Of a DNA stretch of 64,000 bases, positions 36,647 through 45,735 are shown piece by piece. A program made the position numbers and the translations under genes. The notes below the pieces were generated by a model that was not told where the DNA came from, did not search any database, and saw only the letters and a program-made list of their open reading frames with translations. The stretch comes from Acidobacteriota bacterium (GTDB lineage: Bacteria > Acidobacteriota > UBA6911 > JACQSX01): the NCBI GenBank assembly GCA_036507075.1, contig DASXQR010000010.1:26485-90484 (forward strand), written 5' to 3'. Numbering within the stretch: the first letter of the stretch is position 1; each line of letters opens with the position of its first letter.

Positions 36647-39600
36647 TCAACTGATGCTGCCGGTACTGAGCTCGATTGCCTGGCGCCGGACAGCAGAAAG
36701 ATCCAACTTGCCGGTTCCCAATAACGGGATGTTTTCAATGCGAAAAAATGCGTTCGGGCGGGGTATCCAAAGGTTTGGAAGGCCTGACTTGTCCAGGTTG
36801 GCAAGAAGCCGCTCCAGCACCTGGTCGGGCAAGGTATGCAGAACGACGAGCTTTTCTCCTTTGCGATCGTCTGGAACGCCCACCACAGCCAAAACCTGCT
36901 CGCCGATTCCCGTCAACTCCTGCAGCGCTTCCTCGATGCGTAAATGCGGGACCATCTCACCTCCAATCTTGCTGAAGCGCGAAAGCCGGTCTGTAACGTG
37001 AATGAAGCCATCCTCGTCAACCATGGCGATGTCACCGGTTACGTACCATCCGTCGCGAATCACCTCGGCGGTTTTATCCGGCCTGTTCAGATAACCGATC
37101 ATCACATTGCCCCCCTTGACCAGAAGCAAACCGGGCTGTCCGCTGAGAACCGGCTGCAGGGTCGCAGGATCGACAATTTGTACGCTCACGCCCGGAAGAG
37201 GTTGTCCGATGGTTCCGCTCCTGTGACCTGCCTGGTAAAAGCCGGCGCTTCGAAAATCGGGCACGTTTACCGAGACGACAGGCGAGCACTCCGTGCAGCC
37301 ATAACCCTCCATGACGTGAATACCGAATCTCTCTTCAAACGACCGGGCAACGGCGGCGCTCAACTTTTCGGCCCCCGCGATGACATATTGAAGACCCCCC
37401 AGCAACTCGGGCTCGCAGCGGCGGATCAGGCTCTGGAGCATTGTGGGCGTGGCAAGAAGCATGGTGGCGCGGCAACGCGCCGCCAGCACTCCCACAGCGC
37501 GTGAATCAAAAGGATTCGGATGGTAAATCGCAGCCATCCCGTTCAGCAGCGGAAACCATATGGTTGCGGTAAACCCGAACGAGTGGAAAAAGGGAAGAAT
37601 CCCCATGATCCGATCGTGACGGGTCGGGGCAAAGACTTGCGCCAGCCCTTCCAGATTTGAGCGGATATTGCGATGCGAAAGCATCACTCCCTTGGGCTCG
37701 CCCGTACTCCCGCTGGAGAAAATGATGGTGGCCAGAGTGTCCACACCCTTTGATTCAGCGGCGCTCAGACGGCGGGCAAGGAAACCAGCAGGCAGCAATA
37801 TGGCGGAGAGCAGAGCGAACGCGAACCGGAAGACCGTCTTCTCGCCCGCCAGGTCTTCCATCAGGAGGGAGGACGCGGGAACAGCCAGCCGCACTTTTTC
37901 AAGGAACTGACGAGAGGTGATGATCGTTCGTATTTCGCATTGGCGGACGCACGAGTCAAAGATCGGCTGAGATACGGTGTAATTGAGATTTACCGGCACC
38001 TTGCCGCACAGCAGAGCGGCGATATTGGCGACGGCGCCCGCCACGGAAGGCGGCAACAGCAACCCGATTTTTTCGTCCGCCGCAAACCGGCTCCGCAGCA
38101 GGCGCGCCAGAAAGACCGAACGCACCAGCAGCCCAAGGTAGCTCACGCGCGGGTTGAGTCCGTCGGCGACCGCCAGGCGGAAAGGATGGCGTCGTGCCTG
38201 TCGCGCAAAATCGACGTGAAGCGGTTTCAGATACTGTTGGCGAAGGCTGAATGCCTCGGCGGCAAGCCTCTGTACTTCCTGGCGTACTTCCGCCGCGCCG
38301 GAAGCTGCCCGCATGGGAGCTCCAAACGTGACAGTGACCGGATACGGAATGCGGCGGGGCCGCTTCCACAAGAACCGCCCCCGCTGAAAGCTGAAAATGC
38401 TGCCCCAGACGCCGTCCAGATGGACAGGGATAATCGGCGCATCGACACTTTTCATGATGCGCTCGAATCCTCGGCGAAACGGCAGGAGCTGGCCGGTGCG
38501 CGTGATTTGTCCTTCGGCAAAAATGCATACCACGCGGCCTTCCTGAATGGCGCGCGAAGCCTGACGCAACGATCGGATGACTTCGCGAGGGCCTCCGGTC
38601 GACGAAATCGGGATCGATTTCATCATGCGCGCAAATGGCCGAATCAATTTCTGGTCATAAAAGCCCTTGAACATCACAAAACGGATGCGCCGGTCGGTGG
38701 AGGCGAGCAGCAGCAGCGCATCCACAAATGAGAGATGGTTGCAGACAAACAGCGCGCCGCCGCGCTCCGGAATGTTGTCGCGGCCGATCACCCGGATCCT
38801 GTAAACCGTGTGGACCAGTACCCACAAACAAAACCGCAGCAGCGCTTCGGGCAAAAGCACGCAAAGATACGCGGTGACGGCAGCCGTGATGCAGCCGGTA
38901 AGGAGAAAAATCTGGGAGGGCGACCATCGCAGATGCACCGTCACGATCCAGTAAACTCCGGCCGAGACGAGCATCCCCACAAAGGTCATCAGATTGGCGG
39001 CCGCGATCATGGCGCCCTTGCTTTCAGGCTGGGGCCGATGCTGAATCAGCGCGTTGACGGGAACGGCAAAAAAACCCGCCGAGAATCCAACCGCCGCCAG
39101 CAACACGCCGGTCTGAAGGAAGGTGGTGGCGTAAAACGCCAGCGCGGTCGCGAACAGCGCCAATCCCGCGGACCCGAGCGGCACCAGGCCATATTCAATT
39201 TTGCTGTGCGAAAGATAACCGGCGACGTAGCTTCCCAGCCCGATGCCGACGGCCAGGATGGCCAGCAAATATCCGATGCGGGTTTCCGGAAGGTGAAGCT
39301 GGTCCTTTCCCAGCAGAATAATGTTCAACTGGAAAAGAAAACCCAGGAACCAGAAATAGATATTCCCCAGAATGGCCAGCCATAGGACGCGGTCCCGGCG
39401 CGCCAGCGACAAATTGCGCCAAACGTCTTTTAGAAAGTTCCATTGGAACGCGGCCTTCGGGTTAGCCGCAGGAACAGCGGTAATCGCCAGGCTGGTTATA
39501 ACTCCCGCCAAAGCTAGGATCGTGAGGGCGATTCCCGACAGGTAAAGCCTCGACCGCAGGTGTTCCACCGGGAATGCGCCTGCAACCGTGCCGAGTATGA

Positions 39601-40120
39601 TCGCCACGAAGGTGGTCAGTTCCAAAACGCCGTTGCCCCAGGAGAGCTCCTTTTCAGGAAGGAGTTCCGGGAGGATCCCGTATTTGCTGGGGCTGAAAAA
39701 GGCGGCCTGCGCTCCGGTCAGGAACAACAACGCCATGGAAAAGTACAGGTTTCCGTACCAGAAAGCGATGGTTGCAAAGATCATGATGACCACCTCGACC
39801 AGCTTGGTCCAGATGGTCACAGAGCGTTTGCTGTATCGATCGGCCAGAAATCCGCCATACATGGAGAAAAACAGAAAAGGCAGAATAAACAGCGCTCCGA
39901 TGGCGGAGACTCTTTGATTCCCCTGAATCTCGGACGAAGCGGTCAGCAGTGCCAGCAGCGTGATCACGTTCTTGTAGGCGTTATCGCTGAAAGCACCCTG
40001 AAACTGCGTCGCTATCAAAAACCAAAAGCCCCGCTTCGATTGAGCGGAAGGGATTTCAGACCGGCCCACAGAGTTAACGACCTGCTGATTTGGAGTCGGC
40101 GGAGTTGTATTGCTGTTCAT
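36647..40120 (-). CDS. Triple-domain fusion: LplT-like MFS lysophospholipid transporter, then PlsC-type acyltransferase, then Aas-type AMP-binding acyl-ACP synthetase
   Basis: N-terminal ~430 aa with 12 TM helices (MFS). Middle: ..LFVCNHLSFVDALLL.. (HxxxxD) and FAEGQITRTG. C-terminal: ..TIIFSSGSTGEPKGVMLSHRNI.. AMP-binding motif and ..GYGCTE.. / ..TGDIA...DGF..TDR.. adenylation motifs. Confidence 0.85.
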   Translation of the reverse strand: MNSNTTPPTPNQQVVNSVGRSEIPSAQSKRGFWFLIATQFQGAFSDNAYKNVITLLALLTASSEIQGNQRVSAIGALFILPFLFFSMYGGFLADRYSKRSVTIWTKLVEVVIMIFATIAFWYGNLYFSMALLFLTGAQAAFFSPSKYGILPELLPEKELSWGNGVLELTTFVAIILGTVAGAFPVEHLRSRLYLSGIALTILALAGVITSLAITAVPAANPKAAFQWNFLKDVWRNLSLARRDRVLWLAILGNIYFWFLGFLFQLNIILLGKDQLHLPETRIGYLLAILAVGIGLGSYVAGYLSHSKIEYGLVPLGSAGLALFATALAFYATTFLQTGVLLAAVGFSAGFFAVPVNALIQHRPQPESKGAMIAAANLMTFVGMLVSAGVYWIVTVHLRWSPSQIFLLTGCITAAVTAYLCVLLPEALLRFCLWVLVHTVYRIRVIGRDNIPERGGALFVCNHLSFVDALLLLASTDRRIRFVMFKGFYDQKLIRPFARMMKSIPISSTGGPREVIRSLRQASRAIQEGRVVCIFAEGQITRTGQLLPFRRGFERIMKSVDAPIIPVHLDGVWGSIFSFQRGRFLWKRPRRIPYPVTVTFGAPMRAASGAAEVRQEVQRLAAEAFSLRQQYLKPLHVDFARQARRHPFRLAVADGLNPRVSYLGLLVRSVFLARLLRSRFAADEKIGLLLPPSVAGAVANIAALLCGKVPVNLNYTVSQPIFDSCVRQCEIRTIITSRQFLEKVRLAVPASSLLMEDLAGEKTVFRFAFALLSAILLPAGFLARRLSAAESKGVDTLATIIFSSGSTGEPKGVMLSHRNIRSNLEGLAQVFAPTRHDRIMGILPFFHSFGFTATIWFPLLNGMAAIYHPNPFDSRAVGVLAARCRATMLLATPTMLQSLIRRCEPELLGGLQYVIAGAEKLSAAVARSFEERFGIHVMEGYGCTECSPVVSVNVPDFRSAGFYQAGHRSGTIGQPLPGVSVQIVDPATLQPVLSGQPGLLLVKGGNVMIGYLNRPDKTAEVIRDGWYVTGDIAMVDEDGFIHVTDRLSRFSKIGGEMVPHLRIEEALQELTGIGEQVLAVVGVPDDRKGEKLVVLHTLPDQVLERLLANLDKSGLPNLWIPRPNAFFRIENIPLLGTGKLDLSAVRRQAIELSTGSIS

Positions 40121-40227
40121 CGCACACGAAGCGGCCCAACTCGGCGAGCGAGGCTTGAGACAATATCGGAAATACAAGACGGCGAGTTGATCACGAATTT
40201 CACGAATGCGCGAATTTCGTGCTCAAC

Positions 40228-41769
40228 CTACGGTTCCGAGAACGAATAACTGACGAACGCAAAGCGCCGGCTGTCCGGTGACCACGACGCCACGTTGATC
40301 GTCCCCTGCCCGCCGAAGAGCTTTCCCAACTCCAGGGTTTTTGCGCCGGCCGGCCTGTCCATCTTGTCCCCAGGCAACGGCATGATGCGCAGCAGCACGT
40401 TTTGATTGGCGGGATGGCCCTGCGTACCTTTGCGATAAGAGAGAAAGAGCAGCCATTTGCCGTCCGGCGAGGGGTGCGGGAACCAATCGACATAGTCGTC
40501 GCTGGTAACCTGCTCGGCTTTGCTGTCGCCCTCTCCCGCGCCCTGCGCCGGGATGCGCCAGATGTCTCCGCCTCCGGCCCGGTCCGAGTTGTAGTAAATC
40601 CATTTCCCATCCGGGGAAAAATCGGGGCCGTCTTCATGGGCCGGGTTGATAGTAAGCCGCTTCGCTGTGCCGCCTTCCAACGGGATACTGAAAATGTCGT
40701 AGCTCTCATGCTGCCTGGCTACGTATGCAAGCTCTCTGCCGTCGGGAGACCATCCATGGAAGTAGCTCGGTTTGTGCTCGGTAACCTGACGTGCCTGACC
40801 GCCCGAAACGGGTAAGACAAAAATAGGACCGCTGTTCACCGACACGGCCAGCAGTTTCCCGTCCGGAGAAATCCCGTGATCGTTGTTAATCGCCCCGATC
40901 GATCCCAGGGAAATGTTTTGTGGCTCACCTCCCGCAACGGGAATGCGCCACAGTTTGCCTTCGGAGTTCACGAGCAGATACTCGCCGTCATGCGACCAAT
41001 TCGGCGCTTCAAAGCGTCTCGCGGCCGAGAAGACCACTCGCTTATCTTTCCCGTCGACGCTCATGATGGTGACATGACTGTTGAGAACAGAGGTCCCGGC
41101 CGGATTGGGCGCGAGCTTCACCTGATCCAGAGTTGAAGTGCTTAACACATCTTTCCGATGTGATGAAGCGACGAGACCGACCAAGATGCTGCGTCCCATA
41201 GTGATTGTGTCCGAACCTGTGAACTCCCAGCTCATCCCGTCCGTGGATTCGTAGCCGGTGAATTGATCTCCGCGCCGAACCAGTTTGACCCAGTAAGGCA
41301 ACCTGCCTTTGTTGATGCGGGGATTATTCGGATAGGTGATATCTCCCGGAGCGAGGCGGCGCAGAAACTGCACGCCATCGGTTGGAGTAACGACAACAGT
41401 GGCGTGCCTGGCGCCAGGGGCGAGATCCTCGCGAAACATGACGCCCGCCTTGGCGTGATCATTCGTGTTTTCCACCTGTGTGATTCGAGCAATGATCTGG
41501 CCATCGCCGGTGAAGGGCTGGTGCACGAAATGAAAACCATCGCTGTTTCCCCAGATATCCAGCGTTCCCTGCAGCGTAAATCTTTCATCTGCGCAGGAGG
41601 CGCGCCCTGCTACTTGCACACTCCCGACGTCCTGGCTGGCCCAGGGCCGGGGAAGCGAACTCTCCGGGCGGACTCGCGCTTCAGGATGGGACAGGTGCAG
41701 CGAAACAATGAATATCAGGCAACCCGCGAAGATCCACGTTGTTCGAGGAATTGTCAGTCTGATTTTCAT
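40228..41769 (-). CDS. Secreted protein: N-terminal jelly-roll (DUF1349/LamG-like) domain plus C-terminal TolB-like PD40 beta-propeller
   Basis: Signal peptide. Repeated ..SPDGK.. / ..SWSPDG.. / ..FSPDGKWIYY.. WD40-like-beta-propeller (PD40) motifs. Confidence 0.7.
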   Translation of the reverse strand: MKIRLTIPRTTWIFAGCLIFIVSLHLSHPEARVRPESSLPRPWASQDVGSVQVAGRASCADERFTLQGTLDIWGNSDGFHFVHQPFTGDGQIIARITQVENTNDHAKAGVMFREDLAPGARHATVVVTPTDGVQFLRRLAPGDITYPNNPRINKGRLPYWVKLVRRGDQFTGYESTDGMSWEFTGSDTITMGRSILVGLVASSHRKDVLSTSTLDQVKLAPNPAGTSVLNSHVTIMSVDGKDKRVVFSAARRFEAPNWSHDGEYLLVNSEGKLWRIPVAGGEPQNISLGSIGAINNDHGISPDGKLLAVSVNSGPIFVLPVSGGQARQVTEHKPSYFHGWSPDGRELAYVARQHESYDIFSIPLEGGTAKRLTINPAHEDGPDFSPDGKWIYYNSDRAGGGDIWRIPAQGAGEGDSKAEQVTSDDYVDWFPHPSPDGKWLLFLSYRKGTQGHPANQNVLLRIMPLPGDKMDRPAGAKTLELGKLFGGQGTINVASWSPDSRRFAFVSYSFSEP

Positions 41770-41774
41770 GGTTA

Positions 41775-42860
41775 TCAGGTTCTCACACCCAAGCCAAGTA
41801 TCTCTTTGCAGTACCGGATGCTCTTCTCCAGCTCTGATTTCTGGAATTCCCTTTCCGCCGACGCCCGATCCTGACCTGTGGGAATCGCAAAAGCAGTCAT
41901 CGGCCTGCCTCTTTTGGCCAAAGCAAGGAATTTCGCGAAGTCACTTGCCTTCGCTTTGGGGTAAGGCTTCCAGAATTCTGGTTTCAAATACGGAAAGCGT
42001 CTTTGAGATCCCGAAATGATTTCCAACACGAAGGCAACTCCCGGGCAAAGCTGCGCAAATCTGTCGACGTAGGCATGGAAATCCACCGAGCCTTCGCCGA
42101 TTCCTGTCCACTGAACCGCAGCTCCTTCATCGGTTTCCCACACCACAGAATTACGCAGGCCGGTGGTAACGGCATACGCGCCCAGAACCTCCAGGTTTGC
42201 CAGCGGATCCTCCAGCGTCCAGACCGCATTTCCGGAGTCCATCGTTGCGCCTACGTAATCTCGGCCTGCCTCTTCAATCAGGGTGACAAGTTCCCAGGCC
42301 TGCATATCTCCGGCATGATTTTCAACAGCGATCTTGATCCCTGCGTCGAGCGCCAGACTGCGCGCGCTCCGGCAAACCTTGACAGTGTTCTTAATGTGGG
42401 TTTCGATTCCTCCCTCTGACTTTCGGTCTTCACTGTTTCCCAGATAACAACGTGCCACGGGCGAGCCGACCACTTTGGCCACGCGAATAGTCAGCGCCAG
42501 GTGCTCTTCGGCAGTGCCGAAACGATTGCTGAACGTCCTGGAAGAAGGACAGATGCTGCCGGTGCCGGCATGAATTTCAAGACCCAGATGGTCGGCCTTC
42601 GCTTTAACCTCTTTGAGGTAATTGTCTGAATGACTTTCGTACACATCGAGGTCGGACAGAAGCAGAGTATCGACCTTTAACCCAGCAGCATAATCGAGCA
42701 ATTGCGGAGCTTTCCATCCAAAGGCGCGAATGGAGAAATTGTCGAAGCCGAGCTTGATATTTCTGCGCGAGGATTGTGCCCGACTCGAAGTAGTGACAGC
42801 CAATGATGCACCGCCAACAACCGCCTTTTTCAGGAAATCACGACGCGGTTGGGAATTCAT
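41775..42860 (-). CDS. Tat-secreted sugar phosphate isomerase/epimerase (xylose-isomerase-like TIM barrel)
   Basis: Tat-type signal ([21 protein letters not shown]). ..IAVENHAGD.. / ..EIHAGTGS.. are TIM-barrel metal-site motifs. Confidence 0.8.
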   Translation of the reverse strand: MNSQPRRDFLKKAVVGGASLAVTTSSRAQSSRRNIKLGFDNFSIRAFGWKAPQLLDYAAGLKVDTLLLSDLDVYESHSDNYLKEVKAKADHLGLEIHAGTGSICPSSRTFSNRFGTAEEHLALTIRVAKVVGSPVARCYLGNSEDRKSEGGIETHIKNTVKVCRSARSLALDAGIKIAVENHAGDMQAWELVTLIEEAGRDYVGATMDSGNAVWTLEDPLANLEVLGAYAVTTGLRNSVVWETDEGAAVQWTGIGEGSVDFHAYVDRFAQLCPGVAFVLEIISGSQRRFPYLKPEFWKPYPKAKASDFAKFLALAKRGRPMTAFAIPTGQDRASAEREFQKSELEKSIRYCKEILGLGVRT

Positions 42861-43022
42861 CTGTTTCTATTCTTCTTCTTATGTCCGGAAAATTCCAGCG
42901 CATTCATTACTTCAAAGAGCAATCCAAGCTACAAATAAAATTAGGTTCGTAAAAACACCCTGGCAAGTACTCCGCTCGTAGATACCGGACATTATAAGCG
43001 GAAGTGGAAGAAAGGGGACAAT

Positions 43023-44273
43023 TTGAAGATCAAAGTCATTGTACTCCTGCTATTTGCGATGATCATGCTCGCTATAGTAGGTGAGGCGCAGGTACCTAAA
43101 CCAAAATTTAGACGCGTGGCTCAGCGAATGCCCGACAACTATATTGTTGTCTTTAAGGACACTGTATCGACTGCTGATGTTCCCTCAATTGCCCGGCAGA
43201 TCGCTAGCGCACACAATTCTGTGGCCCGCTTTATCTATCAATACGCCCTTAAGGGTTTTGCAGTTCAGGTGTCTGAAGCTGACGCTATTGAGATCAGCAA
43301 CGACTCTCGCGTTGAATGGGTAGAGGAAGATGCCGTCGGATCCATTGTTGAGCAGTGGGGCCTGGATAGGATCGATCAGCGGTATCTACCATTGGACAAT
43401 GTCTATTCCTTTTGGCAACTTGCGGCAAACGTAAACATTTATGTCCTAGATACCGGCATTCGGGCCACTCACTCAGAGTTTGGGGGACGAGTAGTTTCTG
43501 CTTTCGATGCTGTTCAAGCAAACTGCTATTGTGGTTTCACATGTGACAATGCATTCGCTGCTACCCGAGGGCATGGGACGGCTGTTGCTAGTGTTGCTTC
43601 AGGGGCAACATACGGCGTGATTAGAAACGCGACCCTTTATGACGTCAGAGTGGTTAATTGTGACGGCGGTGTGGATTCTGCAAAACTCATCAGCGGAATC
43701 AATTGGGTTACTCAGAATTTCGTCGGTCCTGCGGTTGCGAATATTAGTAGCGCTATCGCTGCGAATGACTCGGTCGATACCGCGGTGCGAAATTCGGCAG
43801 CGGCAGGGGTTCTCTATGTTGTTGGTGCGGGCAATGACAGTACAGACGCAATAGGTTATTCCCCTGCCCGCATGGCCGACATTGAGGTTCTCACCGTTGG
43901 CGCAACCGACATTGTCGATCGACGCGGCCATGACTGGGATCCCCAGAATCCGATAAAAGGTTCGAATTGGGGCTCCGTAGTGGATATCTTTGCGCCAGGT
44001 ACGAATATTAATGTCGCATGGTCAGATAGCGACTCTGATACGCGGACGGGTATAAATGGCACCTCCTTGGCAAGCCCGTACGTTGCAGGAGTTGCGGCGC
44101 ATTACAAGCAGCAGCACCCCGGGGCGAGCCCGACTACGGTTGCTAATTGGATCATCGGTATCGCAACTTCAGGTGTTGTAACTGATCAGCGTCCAGACGG
44201 ATGGATTCTCGGAATTGACCAAGTTCATCCGGGCACGCCCAATCGGCTGCTGTTTCAACCGTTCTCGTTCTGA
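43023..44273 (+). CDS. Secreted subtilisin-like serine protease (S8 family, proteinase-K-like) with N-terminal I9 inhibitor propeptide
   Basis: Signal peptide. Propeptide ..YIVVFKD.. Catalytic triad in context: ..VYVLDTGI.. (D), ..HGTAVASVASG.. (H), ..GTSLASPYVAGVAA.. (S). GC ~48%. Confidence 0.9.
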   Translation: MKIKVIVLLLFAMIMLAIVGEAQVPKPKFRRVAQRMPDNYIVVFKDTVSTADVPSIARQIASAHNSVARFIYQYALKGFAVQVSEADAIEISNDSRVEWVEEDAVGSIVEQWGLDRIDQRYLPLDNVYSFWQLAANVNIYVLDTGIRATHSEFGGRVVSAFDAVQANCYCGFTCDNAFAATRGHGTAVASVASGATYGVIRNATLYDVRVVNCDGGVDSAKLISGINWVTQNFVGPAVANISSAIAANDSVDTAVRNSAAAGVLYVVGAGNDSTDAIGYSPARMADIEVLTVGATDIVDRRGHDWDPQNPIKGSNWGSVVDIFAPGTNINVAWSDSDSDTRTGINGTSLASPYVAGVAAHYKQQHPGASPTTVANWIIGIATSGVVTDQRPDGWILGIDQVHPGTPNRLLFQPFSF

Positions 44274-44336
44274 GGAGCGAAGTGATCGAAGAAAAAAGGC
44301 ACTTGGCGACTTTTTTCCTGCTCTCGCATCTTTTGT

Positions 44337-45563
44337 TTGCGAATCGGCGAAAGCAAATGGTGGGGGGAGATCTTGAGGCGGAAAATATTTCAAATTAAGG
44401 CCTTCTTGCTGTTTTCAGTCTTTTTGTGGCCTAGCTATGGCCAGAATCTTGGTGGAACTGCCTATCAGCAGACCGTCGAGAACACGCTCGCTGGATCGCT
44501 TCTTTATCATTTCGTCGCTCACACCGGCACAATTGACACAGCTTTGAGCCTTTCAAACGTGCGAATAGACCCTTTGACCGCCCCGACTCCTGGTACATTC
44601 GAAATTCTCATGTTTGGCGATGATGGCACTTTTGTAAGAGCTCATTCTAATCAACTGAAGGGTGGAGTATTCAACTTGGTGGGCTCGACCGATCGGGGAT
44701 TGCAAGCAACGGCTGCCTTCTTTCTGGGAGACGTTTTCGCCGATCTCGGTTTGCCTCCAACAACCAGGTTCGTTGGATATGTCAGGATTAATCACAGTTT
44801 CACGAAGGCTGCAGGAACGGCTCAGGTCATGGATCTCGGTGCCGGCCGTGGATTCCGAATAGGCTACACGGCTTCAGAGATTTCGACAGCCCCTGTCATC
44901 AAAAGCATTTCTCCTTCACCTGTTGACGCTGGGGTTGTTGTGACACTGTCCGTGTCGGGTGAGAATTTTTTTTCCGGGCTGACTGCCTCAATTACCACTG
45001 ACGATGGCACAATCGTCGTTCCCCCAAATGATCTGTTGGTTGATTCTTCCAGCCAGATCCGTATACGCGCAATCTTTGCAGAAAAGACAGCAGCATACGC
45101 GGCGACGATTACAGTTAAGAATCCGGACGGCCAAAACAGCTCTGGAATAGTTCAAGTACGAGCATCGAAGAAACCGTTTAGTCAACTGCAAGCACAGCGA
45201 CTCCTCGGGACCTGGGTGTTCACCTACTCGAACAATCGCCCTGCTGAAACATACCGTTTCACAGAGGTCAAGGAAGGCGGGCCGGGCCAGCATCAGGCTA
45301 TTGGTGAACGCCTTCCCACTGGGTTCCCGGGATCTGCGACTACACCCCTGCCAGCCAGCGGTTATTACGATTTCAACCTGAAGAAGTTCGTAATCAATAC
45401 GTTGTATGGTGCTGTCTCCACATCTCACGTGTTTGAATTTAACTCGCCAGGAATGATTTCAGGCTGCTTTTCGAGTGCTTTCATAAAACGTTCAGACACT
45501 GCTGATAGAAACGCAGACGCTTGCGAGGTGACTTTTACCGGAAGACTTGTTTCTCTGCCCTGA
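44337..45563 (+). CDS. Hypothetical secreted protein with a possible IPT/TIG-like domain, low GC
   Basis: Signal-peptide-like LRRKIFQIKAFLLFSVFLWPSYGQ. ..ISPSPVDAGVVVTLSVSGENFFSGLTASIT.. resembles an IPT/TIG Ig-like fold. The true start codon is uncertain. Confidence 0.45.
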   Translation: MRIGESKWWGEILRRKIFQIKAFLLFSVFLWPSYGQNLGGTAYQQTVENTLAGSLLYHFVAHTGTIDTALSLSNVRIDPLTAPTPGTFEILMFGDDGTFVRAHSNQLKGGVFNLVGSTDRGLQATAAFFLGDVFADLGLPPTTRFVGYVRINHSFTKAAGTAQVMDLGAGRGFRIGYTASEISTAPVIKSISPSPVDAGVVVTLSVSGENFFSGLTASITTDDGTIVVPPNDLLVDSSSQIRIRAIFAEKTAAYAATITVKNPDGQNSSGIVQVRASKKPFSQLQAQRLLGTWVFTYSNNRPAETYRFTEVKEGGPGQHQAIGERLPTGFPGSATTPLPASGYYDFNLKKFVINTLYGAVSTSHVFEFNSPGMISGCFSSAFIKRSDTADRNADACEVTFTGRLVSLP

Positions 45564-45735
45564 CGAAAGCCCAACTCCTTCACCAAACAGAAATTTTCTC
45601 TCAATCGGATTGACTCCGGGCCCGTGCATCGCTGACTGCATTTCGCTGAAAATTCACCATTTGCATCTCCGGCTGACTCCTAAAAGCTAAAAGATTCTTT
45701 GTGCCCTTCGTATCTTTGTGGTGATATTGGGAGTG

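Noticed and set aside
35683-36804. Full 373-codon ORF for the CDP-alcohol phosphatidyltransferase
   Set aside because: The N-terminal 124 codons overlap the 3' end of the LplT-Aas gene and are not protein-like. The gene was trimmed to the internal Met at 36431.
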